This document shows, piece after piece, positions 1 through 10,518 of a stretch of 64,000 nt of DNA. How positions within the stretch are numbered: position 1 is the stretch's first letter; every line of letters begins with the position of its first letter. Position numbers and translations under genes: made by a program. The notes below the pieces were generated by a model. The model ran no database searches, was not told the DNA's origin, and worked only from the letters and a program-made list of their open reading frames with translations. The DNA lies in the NCBI GenBank assembly GCA_963845755.1, contig CAWJTV010000027.1, forward strand, positions 1 to 64,000. The letters are read 5' to 3'. The stretch comes from an uncultured Planctomycetota bacterium (GTDB taxonomy: Bacteria; Planctomycetota; Planctomycetia; Isosphaerales; Isosphaeraceae).

Positions 1-63
1 GAGAAAACGAGAGAATCCGCGTCGGATCTTGCGCCAAGGCGGTTCCTCGCTTCAAAAAATCCA

Positions 64-165
64 GGGTGGTCGGGGTCCGACCAAGCTTGGGTGGTCGGGG
101 TCCGACCAAGTTTCGAGTTTTTCCCCGTCAAATAAATGGAAAACTGGTCTGACCCCGACCCACCC
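64..165. repeat. REP/MITE-like palindromic repeat cluster
   Basis: GGGTGGTCGGGGTCCGACCAAG occurs at 64-85 and 89-110, with an inverted near-copy (CTGGTCTGACCCCGACCCACCC) at 144-165. Confidence 0.6.
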
Positions 166-361
166 GCCCGGCGGCGAGCGGCGTGGCAGAAGGCGCGGCG
201 TGAGCATCGGCGAGCGAAGGCGCGGCCGAGGGCGTGAGGGACGGCGGGCTGAGGGGCGATGTCCGCCGATGAGTCGGCCCGGGCGCGGCGCCGGCCGCGG
301 GTCGGTCCGGCGCCGCGCCGCCGGTGCCCCAGGGCTGGGAGGGGCTGGCGCTTACATTCGT

Positions 362-1633
362 TCAGTCGAGCTTCGGGATCGACTCCCCACGGATCAGATC
401 CTCAAAGGTCTGCCGCCGCCGCACCAGATGCGGATCGCCGTCGAGGATGAGCACCTCGGCCGCCAACGGCTTGGAGTTGTAGTTCGAGCCCATCGCGAAC
501 CCGTAGGCGCCGGCGCATTCGATGATCAGAAGGTCGCCGACGACCGCCTCGGGCAACTCGCGCGTGCAGACGAAGCCCCCCTCGTCCTGGGTGAAGATGT
601 CGCCACTCTCGCAGAGCGGGCCGCCGACCGCGACCGCACGGCGGGGACGGTCCGTCGCGCCATCGGCCGGGGCGACCGACATGGGGTGGTAGGAGCCGTA
701 GAGAATGGGGCGCGCGAGGTTGTTGAACCCGGCGTCGATCAGATAGAAGGTGTTGCCGCCCATGCGCTTGACGGCGCGGACCTCGGCGAGGAGGAAGCCG
801 CTCTCAGCGACAAGGTAGCGGCCCGGCTCGATCTCCAGGCGGATCGGGTGTCCGGCCGCCGCCTCGAGCCGCTTGCGTGTGGAGTCCCAGAGGCGGACGT
901 AGGCGTCGATGTCGACCCGGCCGTCGGTCGGCCGGTACGGCGTCGGCAGGCCGCCGCCGGCGCTGATGGTGTCGAGGGTGGGGGCGGTCGCCCGGGCGAC
1001 GCGCTCCATCGCCCCGCAGACCTGGGAGAGGTGCTCCAGGTCCGTGCCGGAGCCGATGTGCATGTGCAGCCCCGTGATCCTCAGGTCGTGCCGGGCGGCC
1101 CGGGACAGGCAGTCGCCGAGTTGATCGTGCCAGATGCCGTGCTTCGAAGACTCGCCCCCGGTGTTCGTCTTCTGGCTGTGGCCGTGGCCGAAGCCGGGAT
1201 TGATCCGCAGGGTGATCGACCCGCCGGGAATCCGCTCCCCGTACTGGTCGATCATGTCGGGGGAGCCGCAGTTGACGTGGATGCCCTTCTCGGCGACCAG
1301 GTCGAGCGACTCGCGGTCGAAGATGTCGGCCGTGTACACGATCGGATGCGGATCGCCATCGGGCCGGTAGCCCGCGGCCAGGGCGCGGCCGATCTCCCCG
1401 GCACTGACGGCATCGACCAGGACGCCGTGGCGGCGGACCAGGTCGAGGATGGCGAGGTTCGAGTTCGCCTTCTGCGCGTATCGGATCGCGTCGAATGGCT
1501 TGAGGTCCCCGATTCGCTCGAGGATCGTGGCGGCGTCGTAGACGTACGTGGGGGTCCCGAATCGGTCGGCGAGGTCGCGGACGGGGACCCCGGCTATGGT
1601 AGTCCGCAGGTCAAGCGGGGTGGTGGCCTTCAT
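362..1633 (-). CDS. lysA: Diaminopimelate decarboxylase
   Basis: FGTPTYVYD, PLP-lysine motif YAQKANSN, HMHIGS, EPGRYLV, GPLCESGD, GAYGFAMGSNYN; likely start MKATTPLDL at 1633. Confidence 0.95.
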   Translation of the reverse strand: MKATTPLDLRTTIAGVPVRDLADRFGTPTYVYDAATILERIGDLKPFDAIRYAQKANSNLAILDLVRRHGVLVDAVSAGEIGRALAAGYRPDGDPHPIVYTADIFDRESLDLVAEKGIHVNCGSPDMIDQYGERIPGGSITLRINPGFGHGHSQKTNTGGESSKHGIWHDQLGDCLSRAARHDLRITGLHMHIGSGTDLEHLSQVCGAMERVARATAPTLDTISAGGGLPTPYRPTDGRVDIDAYVRLWDSTRKRLEAAAGHPIRLEIEPGRYLVAESGFLLAEVRAVKRMGGNTFYLIDAGFNNLARPILYGSYHPMSVAPADGATDRPRRAVAVGGPLCESGDIFTQDEGGFVCTRELPEAVVGDLLIIECAGAYGFAMGSNYNSKPLAAEVLILDGDPHLVRRRQTFEDLIRGESIPKLD

Positions 1634-1949
1634 TTGTCGAGGTCCGGGTGTAGAGGTCTGGGGTGTTGGATCAAGGGGTCCGGCTGGGGGATCGGCCGGC
1701 AAGTCGCCCAGGCTGCCGGCGCCCCCAGAGGATAGGCTACTGGAGCGAGAGCCCGGCGTGGAATACGGCACTCATGGGCTTCATCAGGATCTTGAAACGG
1801 GCGATGATCCCCTCGCCTGCTCTTCTCTTGCTGTGCCGGCCTGGTCTTCTCGATTTCGCGATGATAGACCTTCCACGCCAGTTCTCGCAGATACTGCGCG
1901 TTGGCCGGTGCGCCGTCAGCGGGCCCGCGCCACCCCCTGGGAGGGCCGT

Positions 1950-2230
1950 GCGCTACGACGATCAGGACGCCGAGCTGCTGTCCCGCAAGGCGGTGGTGCA
2001 TCGGCAGCGGGGCGAGTCGTCCGAGGCCGAAGCGTGCTGGCGGCGAATCCTGGGACTACGGCGTCCCGAACAGTTCGTCAGCCTGGACATGGGTATCTAA
2101 GGCCACCTCACCCGGCGCAATCTCGCCGTGCTGGCCCAGGAACGCAGCGACGCGGTCGAGGCCGCCGAACACTGGCATGCCGTGCTCGCCGAGTGCCCGG
2201 CGACCGCGATGCGCGCGGCATGGTCGAACG
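1950..2230 (+). pseudogene. C-terminal relic of a TPR-containing (GT2-TPR type) protein
   Basis: DAELLSRKAVVHRQRGESSEAEACWRRIL...DMGI*GHLTRRNLAVLAQER..EAAEHWHAVLAECP reads through an in-frame TAA at 2098-2100; no N-terminus or start. Family assignment is from recall. Confidence 0.55.
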
Positions 2231-2495
2231 GTTCGCACAGGCCATCGGCGATCCGCCCAAAAAATGATGGAGCTTGTTGCCATTTGCCTCATTCTGTACG
2301 ACTCTTAATGGTGGATGATTGTCGCATGAGAGATCTTTGACAATTTGAGCGAGGAGTATGTTTCCTCCAGGCGATCGGGGACGGGACGGTCTCCCATCAG
2401 GCCGCTTGACCATCCATCAGGCCGCCACAGATGGTTCCATGCACTGTCCGGCCGATCGCCTGGTGTCGAGGTGACCTGGTGCTGCGGAAGCGCGG

Positions 2496-2735
2496 AAACG
2501 AAGCCACCCGCCAGGTGGCAGGTGGGAGCCGTCGGCGCATAGCCGACGAAACGAAGCCACCGCCGTCGATCCGGCGACGCGACGCACGATCGCCGCGCAA
2601 AACGAAGCCACCGCGGCCGGTCCCAGCCCCAAAAACCGTGAAAACGAAGCCACCGCGGCCGGTCCCAGCCCCGAAACTGTGAAAACGAAGCCACCGCGGC
2701 CGGTCCCAGCCCCGAAACTGTGAAAACGAAGCCAC
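2496..2735 (+). repeat. Tandem 41-42 bp repeats with AAACGAAGCCAC core
   Basis: Core at about 2496, 2549, 2599, 2641, 2682 and 2723; units from 2599 to 2722 are near-identical. Confidence 0.9.
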
Positions 2736-3196
2736 GATTATCGGGGTCGCAGCGAAAGTATGGATTATGCAGATTCTACCGAACGAGCGCGAGATCGGCA
2801 TGGAAGCGATGTGCGGATCATGCGGAATCTGCCTTGCAGGCCGAAAATCAGCAACAAGGCGTGGACACCGATAATTTGGGTTTTATCGCTAATCGGGATT
2901 CGGAAGATTAAATCGATTGCATGAAACAAAGAGGATGTAGCTATTATAAGGAACGGGCCAGCCGGGCGGGTCACGATCGTCGCGAGGGAATCGACCGGTT
3001 CCTCGTGGAAGCTCGCCATCCCCAATCGAGGGCCGAGTTCCCCCGCCGATAGTGCCGGTGGCTGGCACCGACAAGAACGCGACTGCACCCGCCCATGAGC
3101 CTTCATCTTGCCGGGCGCCGGCCGGTTATGTCATGCTGGTTGGGTAGACACCCGTCTTCTTGCATCGCGTGCGGCACGAATCCGGGGGGTTCTCCC

Positions 3197-5494
3197 ATGC
3201 TCCAGGTCTCGAGGCTCTCGGGCCGGTTCTGGATCCCGGCCCTGCTCATCGTCGTCGGGCTGGCCGGCAGTGCACCCTCGCGTGCGGGAGTCACTCGGGA
3301 AGAAGTGGAGCGCGCCATCCATGACGGCGTCAATTATCTGAAGAAACAGCAACGCGCGGATGGTTCCTGGCCCGATGTGGAAGGCGAGGCGAGATCGGGT
3401 ACGACCAGCCTGGTGACCCTCGCGCTATTGACGGCCGGCGAGAAGCCCAACGGGCCCACCATCAGCAAGGCGCTGGCGCTGCTCCGTCAGCTCGGGCCGG
3501 CCGACCTGCGCAGTACCTACGCCATCGGCCTGCAGACGATGGTCTTCGCCGCCGCCGAGCCGGAGCGCGACCAGTTGCGGATCGCCGCCAATGTCGAGTG
3601 GCTCGAGCCGCGCAGATCCGCCCCGGGGATCCGGTCTTCTGGCCCGGATCGTGGAGCTACTCCGATAATAAACGCGGCAAGAACGGCGACAACTCCAACA
3701 CCCAGTACGCCTTGCTGGGGCTGCACGCGGCCAGCGAGGTGGGCGTGCCCGTGAAGCCGGAGGTCTGGGTGCTGGCCCGGGCCTACTGGGAGCGTTGCCA
3801 GAAGAACGATGGGAGTTGGGCCTATACCCCCGATTCCCCGGCCTCGTCGGCGAGCATGACCTGCGCGGGGGTTTCCAGCCTGATCATCTCCGGCCTCCGG
3901 CGGTTCCAGGGGCAGGAATTCCTCCAGGGCGAGGTGATCCAGAATTGCGGCAAGGGCGGGGTCAGCCGGAGCTTGCAGGGCGGCATCGACTGGCTGGCCA
4001 GGAACTTCCAGGTCGGCCAGAACTTCGGCGCCGGCCAGCAGTGGAAGTTCTACTATCTCTACGGGCTGGAGCGTGCCGGCCGCCTCGCGGGCATCCGGTT
4101 CTTCGGGTCCCACGACTGGTATCGCCTGGGGGCCGAGCAGCTCGTGCACGAGCAGGAACGACTCGACGGGTTCTGGCAAGGCGCCCTGATCGAGAACAAT
4201 ACGATCCTCGCGACGAGCTTCGCGATCCTGTTCCTCGCCAAGGGGCGGGCGCCGGTCCTGATCAACAAGCTCCACCACCTCCCGATCAACGACTGGAACC
4301 ACGACCCCGATGACGTCCGCAACATGGTCAACATCGTCTCCCGCGACTGGAAGAGCCTCCTGACGTGGCAGGTCGTCAACCCGACCATCGCGTCGCTGTC
4401 GGAGCTCCTCCAGGCGCCGATCCTGTTCTTCAACGGCCATCGCGCCCGGAGTTCTCCCAGGCGGCCCGGCAGAACATCCGCAACTATGTGGAGCAGGGGG
4501 GCTTCCTGTTCGCCGACGCGTGCTGCGGCGATCGCGAGTTCGACCAGGGCTTCCGGCGGCTGATGCAGGAGATCTTCCCGGAGGACGACTACAAGCTCCG
4601 CCCGCTCCCGCCCGAGCATCCCATCTGGCGGGCCCATCACGAGCTGGATCCCGAGGCCCATCCGCTCTGGGGCATCGAGCACGGCTGCCGCACCGTCGTG
4701 ATCTACTCGCCGATGGACCTCTCCTGCTACTGGAACCAGTCCGAACACAGCTCGAACAATACGGGCGTCATCAAGGCGGTCAAGGTGGGCCAGAACGTCA
4801 TCGATTACGCCACCGGCCGCGAGATGCCCGCCGACAAGCTGACCGTCCGCGAGATCCGCGACCTCAAGCCGGCCCCGCCCAAGCGGGGCGCGTTGCGGAT
4901 CGCCAAGCTCAAGCATGCCGGCGACTGGAACATCGCCCCCCAGGCCATACCCAACCTCATGGACGCGCTCCGCAAGCCGCCATTCAGCTTCGACGTCGTC
5001 ATCACGCAGAAGGACCTCTTTCCCCGCGATCCCAATCTCATCTACTATCCCCTGATCTACATCCACGGCCGCGGATCGATCTCGTTCCCCAGGGAGGACC
5101 TCGAGGCACTGCGGCGGCATATCGAGCCGGGGGGCGGGACGTTGTTTGCCGATGCCGCCTGCGGCAGCGCGGCGTTCGACGCGACCTTCCGGCGGTTCGT
5201 CGCCGAGCTGCTGCCCAACAACAAGCTGGAGCCCATCCCCCGCGAGGACGAACTCTACACCACCAAGGTGGGCCTGGACCTCTCGGACTCGCAGTACACC
5301 AAGGCCGCCGGCGGCGCCAAGGACTTCCCGCAACTGGAAGGGGTGAAGATCAACGGGCACTGGGCGATCATCTACTCGAAGTTCGACATCGGCTGCGCCC
5401 TGGAGCGGCATACCGGGATCGAATGCAAGGGGTACACCTACGAGACGCCCTGAAGATCGCCGGCAATATCGTCATCTACTCCACACTTCCCTGA
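3197..5494 (+). CDS. Secreted protein: prenyltransferase/squalene-oxidase-like repeats plus two DUF4159-like domains (frameshifted near 3605, 4445, 5448)
   Basis: Signal peptide; Q..DGSW repeats; DNSNTQYALLGL; YYLYGLER; two GG.LFADA.CG domains; pieces lie in ORFs 3095-3754, 3598-4563, 4365-5453 and end GNIVIYSTLP* at 5494. Confidence 0.8.
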
Positions 5495-5570
5495 TCGCAT
5501 TGCCGACGAGGAAAGATCCCGGCTAGAATGGAGACTTCCGGAGAACGCCGGGCGCGTAGGAGAGCTTGCG

Positions 5571-6278
5571 GTGTCGCAGGGAGGGACTGTCACGGTGCGC
5601 GTAGACCCTTTCGCAGTGAAGCGTTATCCCCGCTGGCACCCCTTGAGGGTGATGCACAAGTCGATGGCCATGACCCGGGAATGGGAAGCGCGTCGCCGTT
5701 ATGCCCGGTATGCCCTTCCCGAGATCCTGTGGGACCCGTTGCCCGCGGTCCCCGAGGCGGACTGGGAGGCGACCTCAGTCACCCCGGTCCAGATGGGGCA
5801 TCTGCTCCGCGCCGTGGCCGCGACCGAATCCCTGGCGGGCACGGTGATCGTCGAAGTCGGCTGCTTTCGCGGCGTGACCACCCGCTGCCTGGCCGGTGCG
5901 ACCCGCCGCATCGTGGTCGCGGTCGATCCCTATGCGGGCTACGGCGGCGCCGATGAGGACCAGCGTTGCTTCCGGCAGCGCGTCGCGGGGCTCGACAACG
6001 TGATTCACGAGGCCAAGACCTCGGGAAACGCCGCCGCAGACTGGGCTCACGGACCGGCCAGCTTCGTCTTCATCGATGCCGTTCACGACTATGTGAATAC
6101 ATCCTTCGACATCAAGTCGTGGACGCCGAAGATCGTACCCGGCGGCATCCTCGCCCTCCACGACACCGATCAGGCCACGTTCGCCGGCACGCGCCGGGCC
6201 GCGTTCGAATTGCTCGGCGATCGCCGGCTCGAACTCCTGGCGCATCCCGACAACCTCGCGATCTTCCGCGCCCGATGA
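5571..6278 (+). CDS. Class I SAM-dependent methyltransferase (Methyltransf_24-like)
   Basis: VEVGCFRG motif I, AVDPY, FVFIDAVHDY, PGGILALHD. Confidence 0.85.
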   Translation: MSQGGTVTVRVDPFAVKRYPRWHPLRVMHKSMAMTREWEARRRYARYALPEILWDPLPAVPEADWEATSVTPVQMGHLLRAVAATESLAGTVIVEVGCFRGVTTRCLAGATRRIVVAVDPYAGYGGADEDQRCFRQRVAGLDNVIHEAKTSGNAAADWAHGPASFVFIDAVHDYVNTSFDIKSWTPKIVPGGILALHDTDQATFAGTRRAAFELLGDRRLELLAHPDNLAIFRAR

Positions 6279-6526
6279 GACGCCGATCGGCGATGAGCCG
6301 CCCGGAGCAGGTCGCGCCCTAGCATGGCGGGATGGTTGTCGATTCTCGGCGGTGTGGCCAGTTGAATGACGGGCCGCTACGCGACATAATGAATGCTGCG
6401 AAGTCGAGTCCTCCACACCGCTTCTGGCGTGGCACCACCGAAGGAAGCCGCCAGGGGACGCCACCCCGCCCTCTTCCACGCCGATCCGGGCGTGGTCCCA
6501 TTGGAATTATACAGGTTCACTCGCTT

Positions 6527-7744
6527 ATGAGACGTCAACGGGTCGGCCTCTGGTTGGTGGGCGCGTTCGGAGGGGTCGGCACGACGATCACGCTGGGGCT
6601 CCTGGCGATGGCGCGGGGGCTGTCGGATCGCACGGGGCTGGTCAGCGACCTGCCGATGTTCCGGGACCTGCCCTTGCCCGAGCCCGGCGACTTCGTGATC
6701 GGCGGCCACGACATCCGCGAGTCATCGTTCGCGGAATCGGCCGAGGAATTCCGGCAGAACTCGGGTGTCTTCCCGGCCGAATGGCTCGCGGCCTGCGCCG
6801 AGGAGCTGAAAGCGGCGACGTCCCGCGTACGACCGGGGACGAGCTTCGGGGCAGGGCGGGCGGTGGCCCAACTCGGCCGTTGGGGAGAGTCGGAGTCGCC
6901 GCGGACGGCGCAGCAGGCCGTTGACCACATCGCGGCCGACCTCGCGGCGTTCGTCGAGTCCGGATCGATCGACCACCTGATCGTGCTCAACGTCTCCAGC
7001 ACCGAGCCGCCGTTCGCCCTGAGTGAGGCCCACCACCACTGGGACCTGCTCAACGCCGCCATGGTCAACGGCGGTCCCGGACTCCTGCCGGCGAGCGCCC
7101 TCTACGCCGTGGCCGCGCTGCGGGCCGGACACACCTATATCAACTTCACGCCCAGCCTGGGTGCCTCGATGCCGGCCCTCCACGAGCTGGCCGCGGCCAC
7201 CGGCGCACTCCATGCCGGCAAGGACGGCAAGACCGGCGAGACGCTGATGAAGACGGTCCTCGCGCCGATGTTCGCGATGCGGAACCTGAAGGTCATGAGC
7301 TGGGTCGGCCACAACATCTTCGGCAACCGCGACGCGCTGGTCCTCGACGATCCCGCCAACAAGTCGGCGAAAGTCGATACCAAGGATCGCGTCGTGACGC
7401 AGATCCTCGGCTACAAGCCGTCGACGCTCGTCACGATCGAGAACGTGCCCGACATGGGGGACTGGAAGACCGCGTGGGACCATATCCATTTCCAGGGGTT
7501 CCTGGGGACGAAGATGGCCCTCCAGTTCACCTGGCAGGGGTGCGACAGCCTGCTTGCGGCCCCCCTGGCCATCGACCTGGCCCGGCTGGCCGACCTGGAG
7601 AAGCGCCGGGGCGGCCGCGGCCTGATGCGGCATCTCGCTAGCTTCTTCAAGAGCCCCGAGGGCGTCGAAGAGCACGACTTCTTCAAACAGTTCGACCTCC
7701 TGGCCCGGCATATCGCGATCGCCTCGAAATCCGCGAGTCATTGA
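6527..7744 (+). CDS. ino1: myo-inositol-1-phosphate synthase
   Basis: GLWLVGAFGGVGTT Rossmann motif, YINFTPS, GKDGKTGET, NIFGNRD, GDWKTAWD, GCDSLLAAPL, FFKSP. Confidence 0.9.
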   Translation: MRRQRVGLWLVGAFGGVGTTITLGLLAMARGLSDRTGLVSDLPMFRDLPLPEPGDFVIGGHDIRESSFAESAEEFRQNSGVFPAEWLAACAEELKAATSRVRPGTSFGAGRAVAQLGRWGESESPRTAQQAVDHIAADLAAFVESGSIDHLIVLNVSSTEPPFALSEAHHHWDLLNAAMVNGGPGLLPASALYAVAALRAGHTYINFTPSLGASMPALHELAAATGALHAGKDGKTGETLMKTVLAPMFAMRNLKVMSWVGHNIFGNRDALVLDDPANKSAKVDTKDRVVTQILGYKPSTLVTIENVPDMGDWKTAWDHIHFQGFLGTKMALQFTWQGCDSLLAAPLAIDLARLADLEKRRGGRGLMRHLASFFKSPEGVEEHDFFKQFDLLARHIAIASKSASH

Positions 7745-7793
7745 GCCGAGAAGCGCGGGCCTCCGGAGTTTCGCTCGAGGACGAAAGGACCCA

Positions 7794-8648
7794 ATGCGCC
7801 TCGCCTTCAGCACCAATGCCTATTTGCGTTATCCCTTCCCGGAAGCGGCAGCTCGGATCTCCGCGCTCGGCTATCAGGGCCTGGAATTGCTGGCCGACGT
7901 CCCCCACGCGTGGCCGGCCGGGCTGCTCGACGTCCAGAAGCGCGCGATCATCCAGGCCATGGAGCAGACCGGCCTGTCGTTCTCGAACATCAACGCGTTC
8001 ATGATGAACGCGATCAACGACCATCGCCAGCCGTACTGGTATCCGTCGTTTATCGAGCCCGAGCCGAATTACCGTCGGGTGCGAATCGATCACACCCGGC
8101 GGGCCTTGAGCCTGTGTGCCGAGCTGGGTGCCCCTCACATCACGACCGAGCCGGGCGGTCCGCTGGCCCCCGGCCAATCGCGTCAGGAGGCGATCGACCT
8201 GTTCGTCGAGGTGCTCAAGCCGCTGGCGGAGCATGCCGAGAAGGTCGGCGTACTCCTCCTGATCGAGCCCGAGCCCGGCCTGCTGCTGGAGACGACCGAC
8301 CAGTACCTGGAGGTGGCCGAGCGGCTGGACGCTCCCTCGGTCGGCCTGAACTTCGACGTCGGCCATGCGTACTGCGTCAGCGAGGACCTGCCCCGGGCGA
8401 TCGCCAAGCTGGCCCCGCACATCCGCCATTACCATGTGGAAGACATCGCCGCCAGCCGGGTTCATCACCACCTGGTGCCCGGCACGGGGGCCATCGATTT
8501 CGCCGCGGTTGTGCAGGCCATCCGTCGCACGGGCTACGACGGCTGGCTGACGGTCGAGCTCTACCCCTTCCTCGACGATCCCGATGCCGCGGCGCGCGGG
8601 GCGATGGAAGTCCTGCATCCGCTCATTGCCGACACCCCGGGGAACTAG
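7794..8648 (+). CDS. Sugar phosphate isomerase/epimerase (xylose-isomerase-like TIM barrel)
   Basis: LLIEPEPG, NFDVGH, HYHVED, HHHLVPGTGAID, GWLTVELY. Confidence 0.9.
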   Translation: MRLAFSTNAYLRYPFPEAAARISALGYQGLELLADVPHAWPAGLLDVQKRAIIQAMEQTGLSFSNINAFMMNAINDHRQPYWYPSFIEPEPNYRRVRIDHTRRALSLCAELGAPHITTEPGGPLAPGQSRQEAIDLFVEVLKPLAEHAEKVGVLLLIEPEPGLLLETTDQYLEVAERLDAPSVGLNFDVGHAYCVSEDLPRAIAKLAPHIRHYHVEDIAASRVHHHLVPGTGAIDFAAVVQAIRRTGYDGWLTVELYPFLDDPDAAARGAMEVLHPLIADTPGN

Positions 8649-8660
8649 CCTCGCCCAGTC

Positions 8661-9570
8661 ATGCGCTCGAAAACCATCGCCTTCTTGCAACTGATCCGGC
8701 TGCCGAACGTCGTGACCGCGGCGGCGGATAGTCTGGCCGGCTGGCTGCTCGCGACGGGCTCGGTTTCCGAGTCCTGGCGCTGGCTGCCGCTGGCCTTGGC
8801 GTCGATGGTCCTTTACGCCTCGGGCACGGCCCTCAACGACGTGTTCGACCTCGACGTGGATCGGGCCGAGCGCCCGGGACGGCCACTCCCCTCTGGGCGA
8901 TTGAGCGCGGTCGGCCGCCTGGTTCGGCGGCCTCGGCCTTGTGATCGGCCCGTCGCTGGCGATGGCCGGTGGCTCGATGGCCGGCGGGCTCGTGGCCGCG
9001 GTCCTCGCCGCGTGCATCCTGGCTTACGATGCCGGCTTGAAGCACACGCTCCTCGGGCCCGTCGGCATGGGGAGCTGCCGAGGCCTCAACCTCCTGCTCG
9101 GCATGAGCCACGCCCCCGAGCTGGGCGGTCCGGTGGCCTGGCTCGCCGCGGCATCGTATGGCCTGTATGTCGCCGGGATCACCGTGATCAGCCGCTCGGA
9201 GACGCAAGGCGAGGACCGGCGAGGGCTGGTCACCGGCCTGACCTTCGAGAACCTGGCACTCCTCGGGCTGGCGGCCGCCGCGATGGCCCATCACCGCTTC
9301 CCCCAACCCGCGCCCGACCGGCCGCTGATCCCCCTCGAAGGACTCCTCGTCCTCGGCCTGGTCGCCGTGATCGTGAACCAGACCGCCGTCAATGCGATCC
9401 AGCAGCCAACCCCGGCATCCTTCCAGAAAGCCGTCAAGACTGGGATCCTCTCGCTGGTCTGGCTCAATGTCGGCCTGGTCGCCGCGGTGCGCGGTGTCGA
9501 GCCCGCGGCGATCGTCGCGGCGTTCTGGGTCCCGGCTTTTGTCCTAGGTCGCTGGCTATACTCAACATAG
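8661..9570 (+). CDS. UbiA-family prenyltransferase, EboC-like (frameshift near 8905)
   Basis: LIRLPNVVTA, LNDVFDLDVDRAERPGRPLPSG, YD..LKH, MGSCRGLNLLLG; multiple hydrophobic segments. Confidence 0.85.
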
Positions 9571-9690
9571 ACGTTGAGGATCGGCTGCATTTCGACCGCG
9601 ACAGGGCTCGTCTGGCCACGTCCGACATCGTGTGCGATAATCGAATCCGTTCACTATTCCCCGATCGTCCCTAACGAGGCTTCGACGATC

Positions 9691-10472
9691 ATGGCGACCG
9701 CGACTCAACGTCATCCTCACTCGGAAGTTAAATATCCCGACAGCGATGGGAAGCCCATGTCGGAACACGACTTGCAGTACAAGTGGATCGTCGTGATCAA
9801 GGAAGGGGTGGAAGCCCAGTTCCCCGGCGACCCCAACGTCTACGTGGCGGGCGACCACTTATGGTATCCCGTCGAGGGAAACAACAAGATCCGCCAGGGT
9901 CCCGATGTCCTGGTCGCCATCGGCCGACCCAGGCGATTGCGGGGCTCGTACAAGCAATGGGAGGAGGGGGGGATCGCGCCCCAGGTCGTCTTCGAGGTCC
10001 GCTCACCAGGCAACCGCTCCGGGGAATTGAAGCGTAAGTTCGAGTTCTATCAGCAGTACAAGGTCGAGGAGTATTACCTCTACGACCCGTTCCGCGGGAC
10101 TCTCCGCGGCTGGCAACGGGTCGGCCCGTCTCTGGAAGAGATCCCCGTGATGGCGGGCTTCGTGAGTCCCCGGCTGGGGATTCGGTTTGAGCCGGGCGAA
10201 GGTCCGGACAACCTGACCATCATCGGCCGCAATGGCGAGCGATTCCTGACATACCAGGAAATCCTCGAGCAGCGCGATGCCGACGGCGCCGTGCGCACGA
10301 GGAGGCCGAGCGCCGACGTGCCTCCGAGGGTGAACGGGCGCCAAGGCCGAGCAACGCGCCGAGACCGCCGAGCAACGCGCCGAGACCGCCGAGCAACGCG
10401 CCGAGACCGCCGAGCAACGCGCCGAGCGCGTATGCCGCCAGGCTTCGCGAGCTGGGCATCGAGCCCGAATGA
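9691..10472 (+). CDS. Uma2-family (DUF820) PD-(D/E)XK endonuclease with coiled-coil tail (frameshift near 10285-10345)
   Basis: YPDSDGKPMSE, GPDVLVAIG, PQVVFEVRSPGN, VEEYYLYDP; tail AEQRAET repeats then AARLRELGIEPE* ending at TGA 10470-10472. Confidence 0.85.
10346..10429 (+). repeat. 21-bp coding tandem repeat (AEQRAET) x4
   Basis: GCCGAGCAACGCGCCGAGACC at 10346, 10367 and 10388, plus a variant at 10409. Confidence 0.9.
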
Positions 10473-10518
10473 GGTCCGCTCGCCGACAAGCTGGACCAAG
10501 TCCTCAGATGAGAGCACG

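Noticed and set aside
29..1735. 568-aa plus-strand ORF
   Set aside because: Antisense shadow of lysA in high-GC DNA; no recognisable motifs.
2496..2735. Possible CRISPR array
   Set aside because: The intervening sequences are near-identical rather than unique spacers, the shared core is only about 12 bp, and no cas genes are present.
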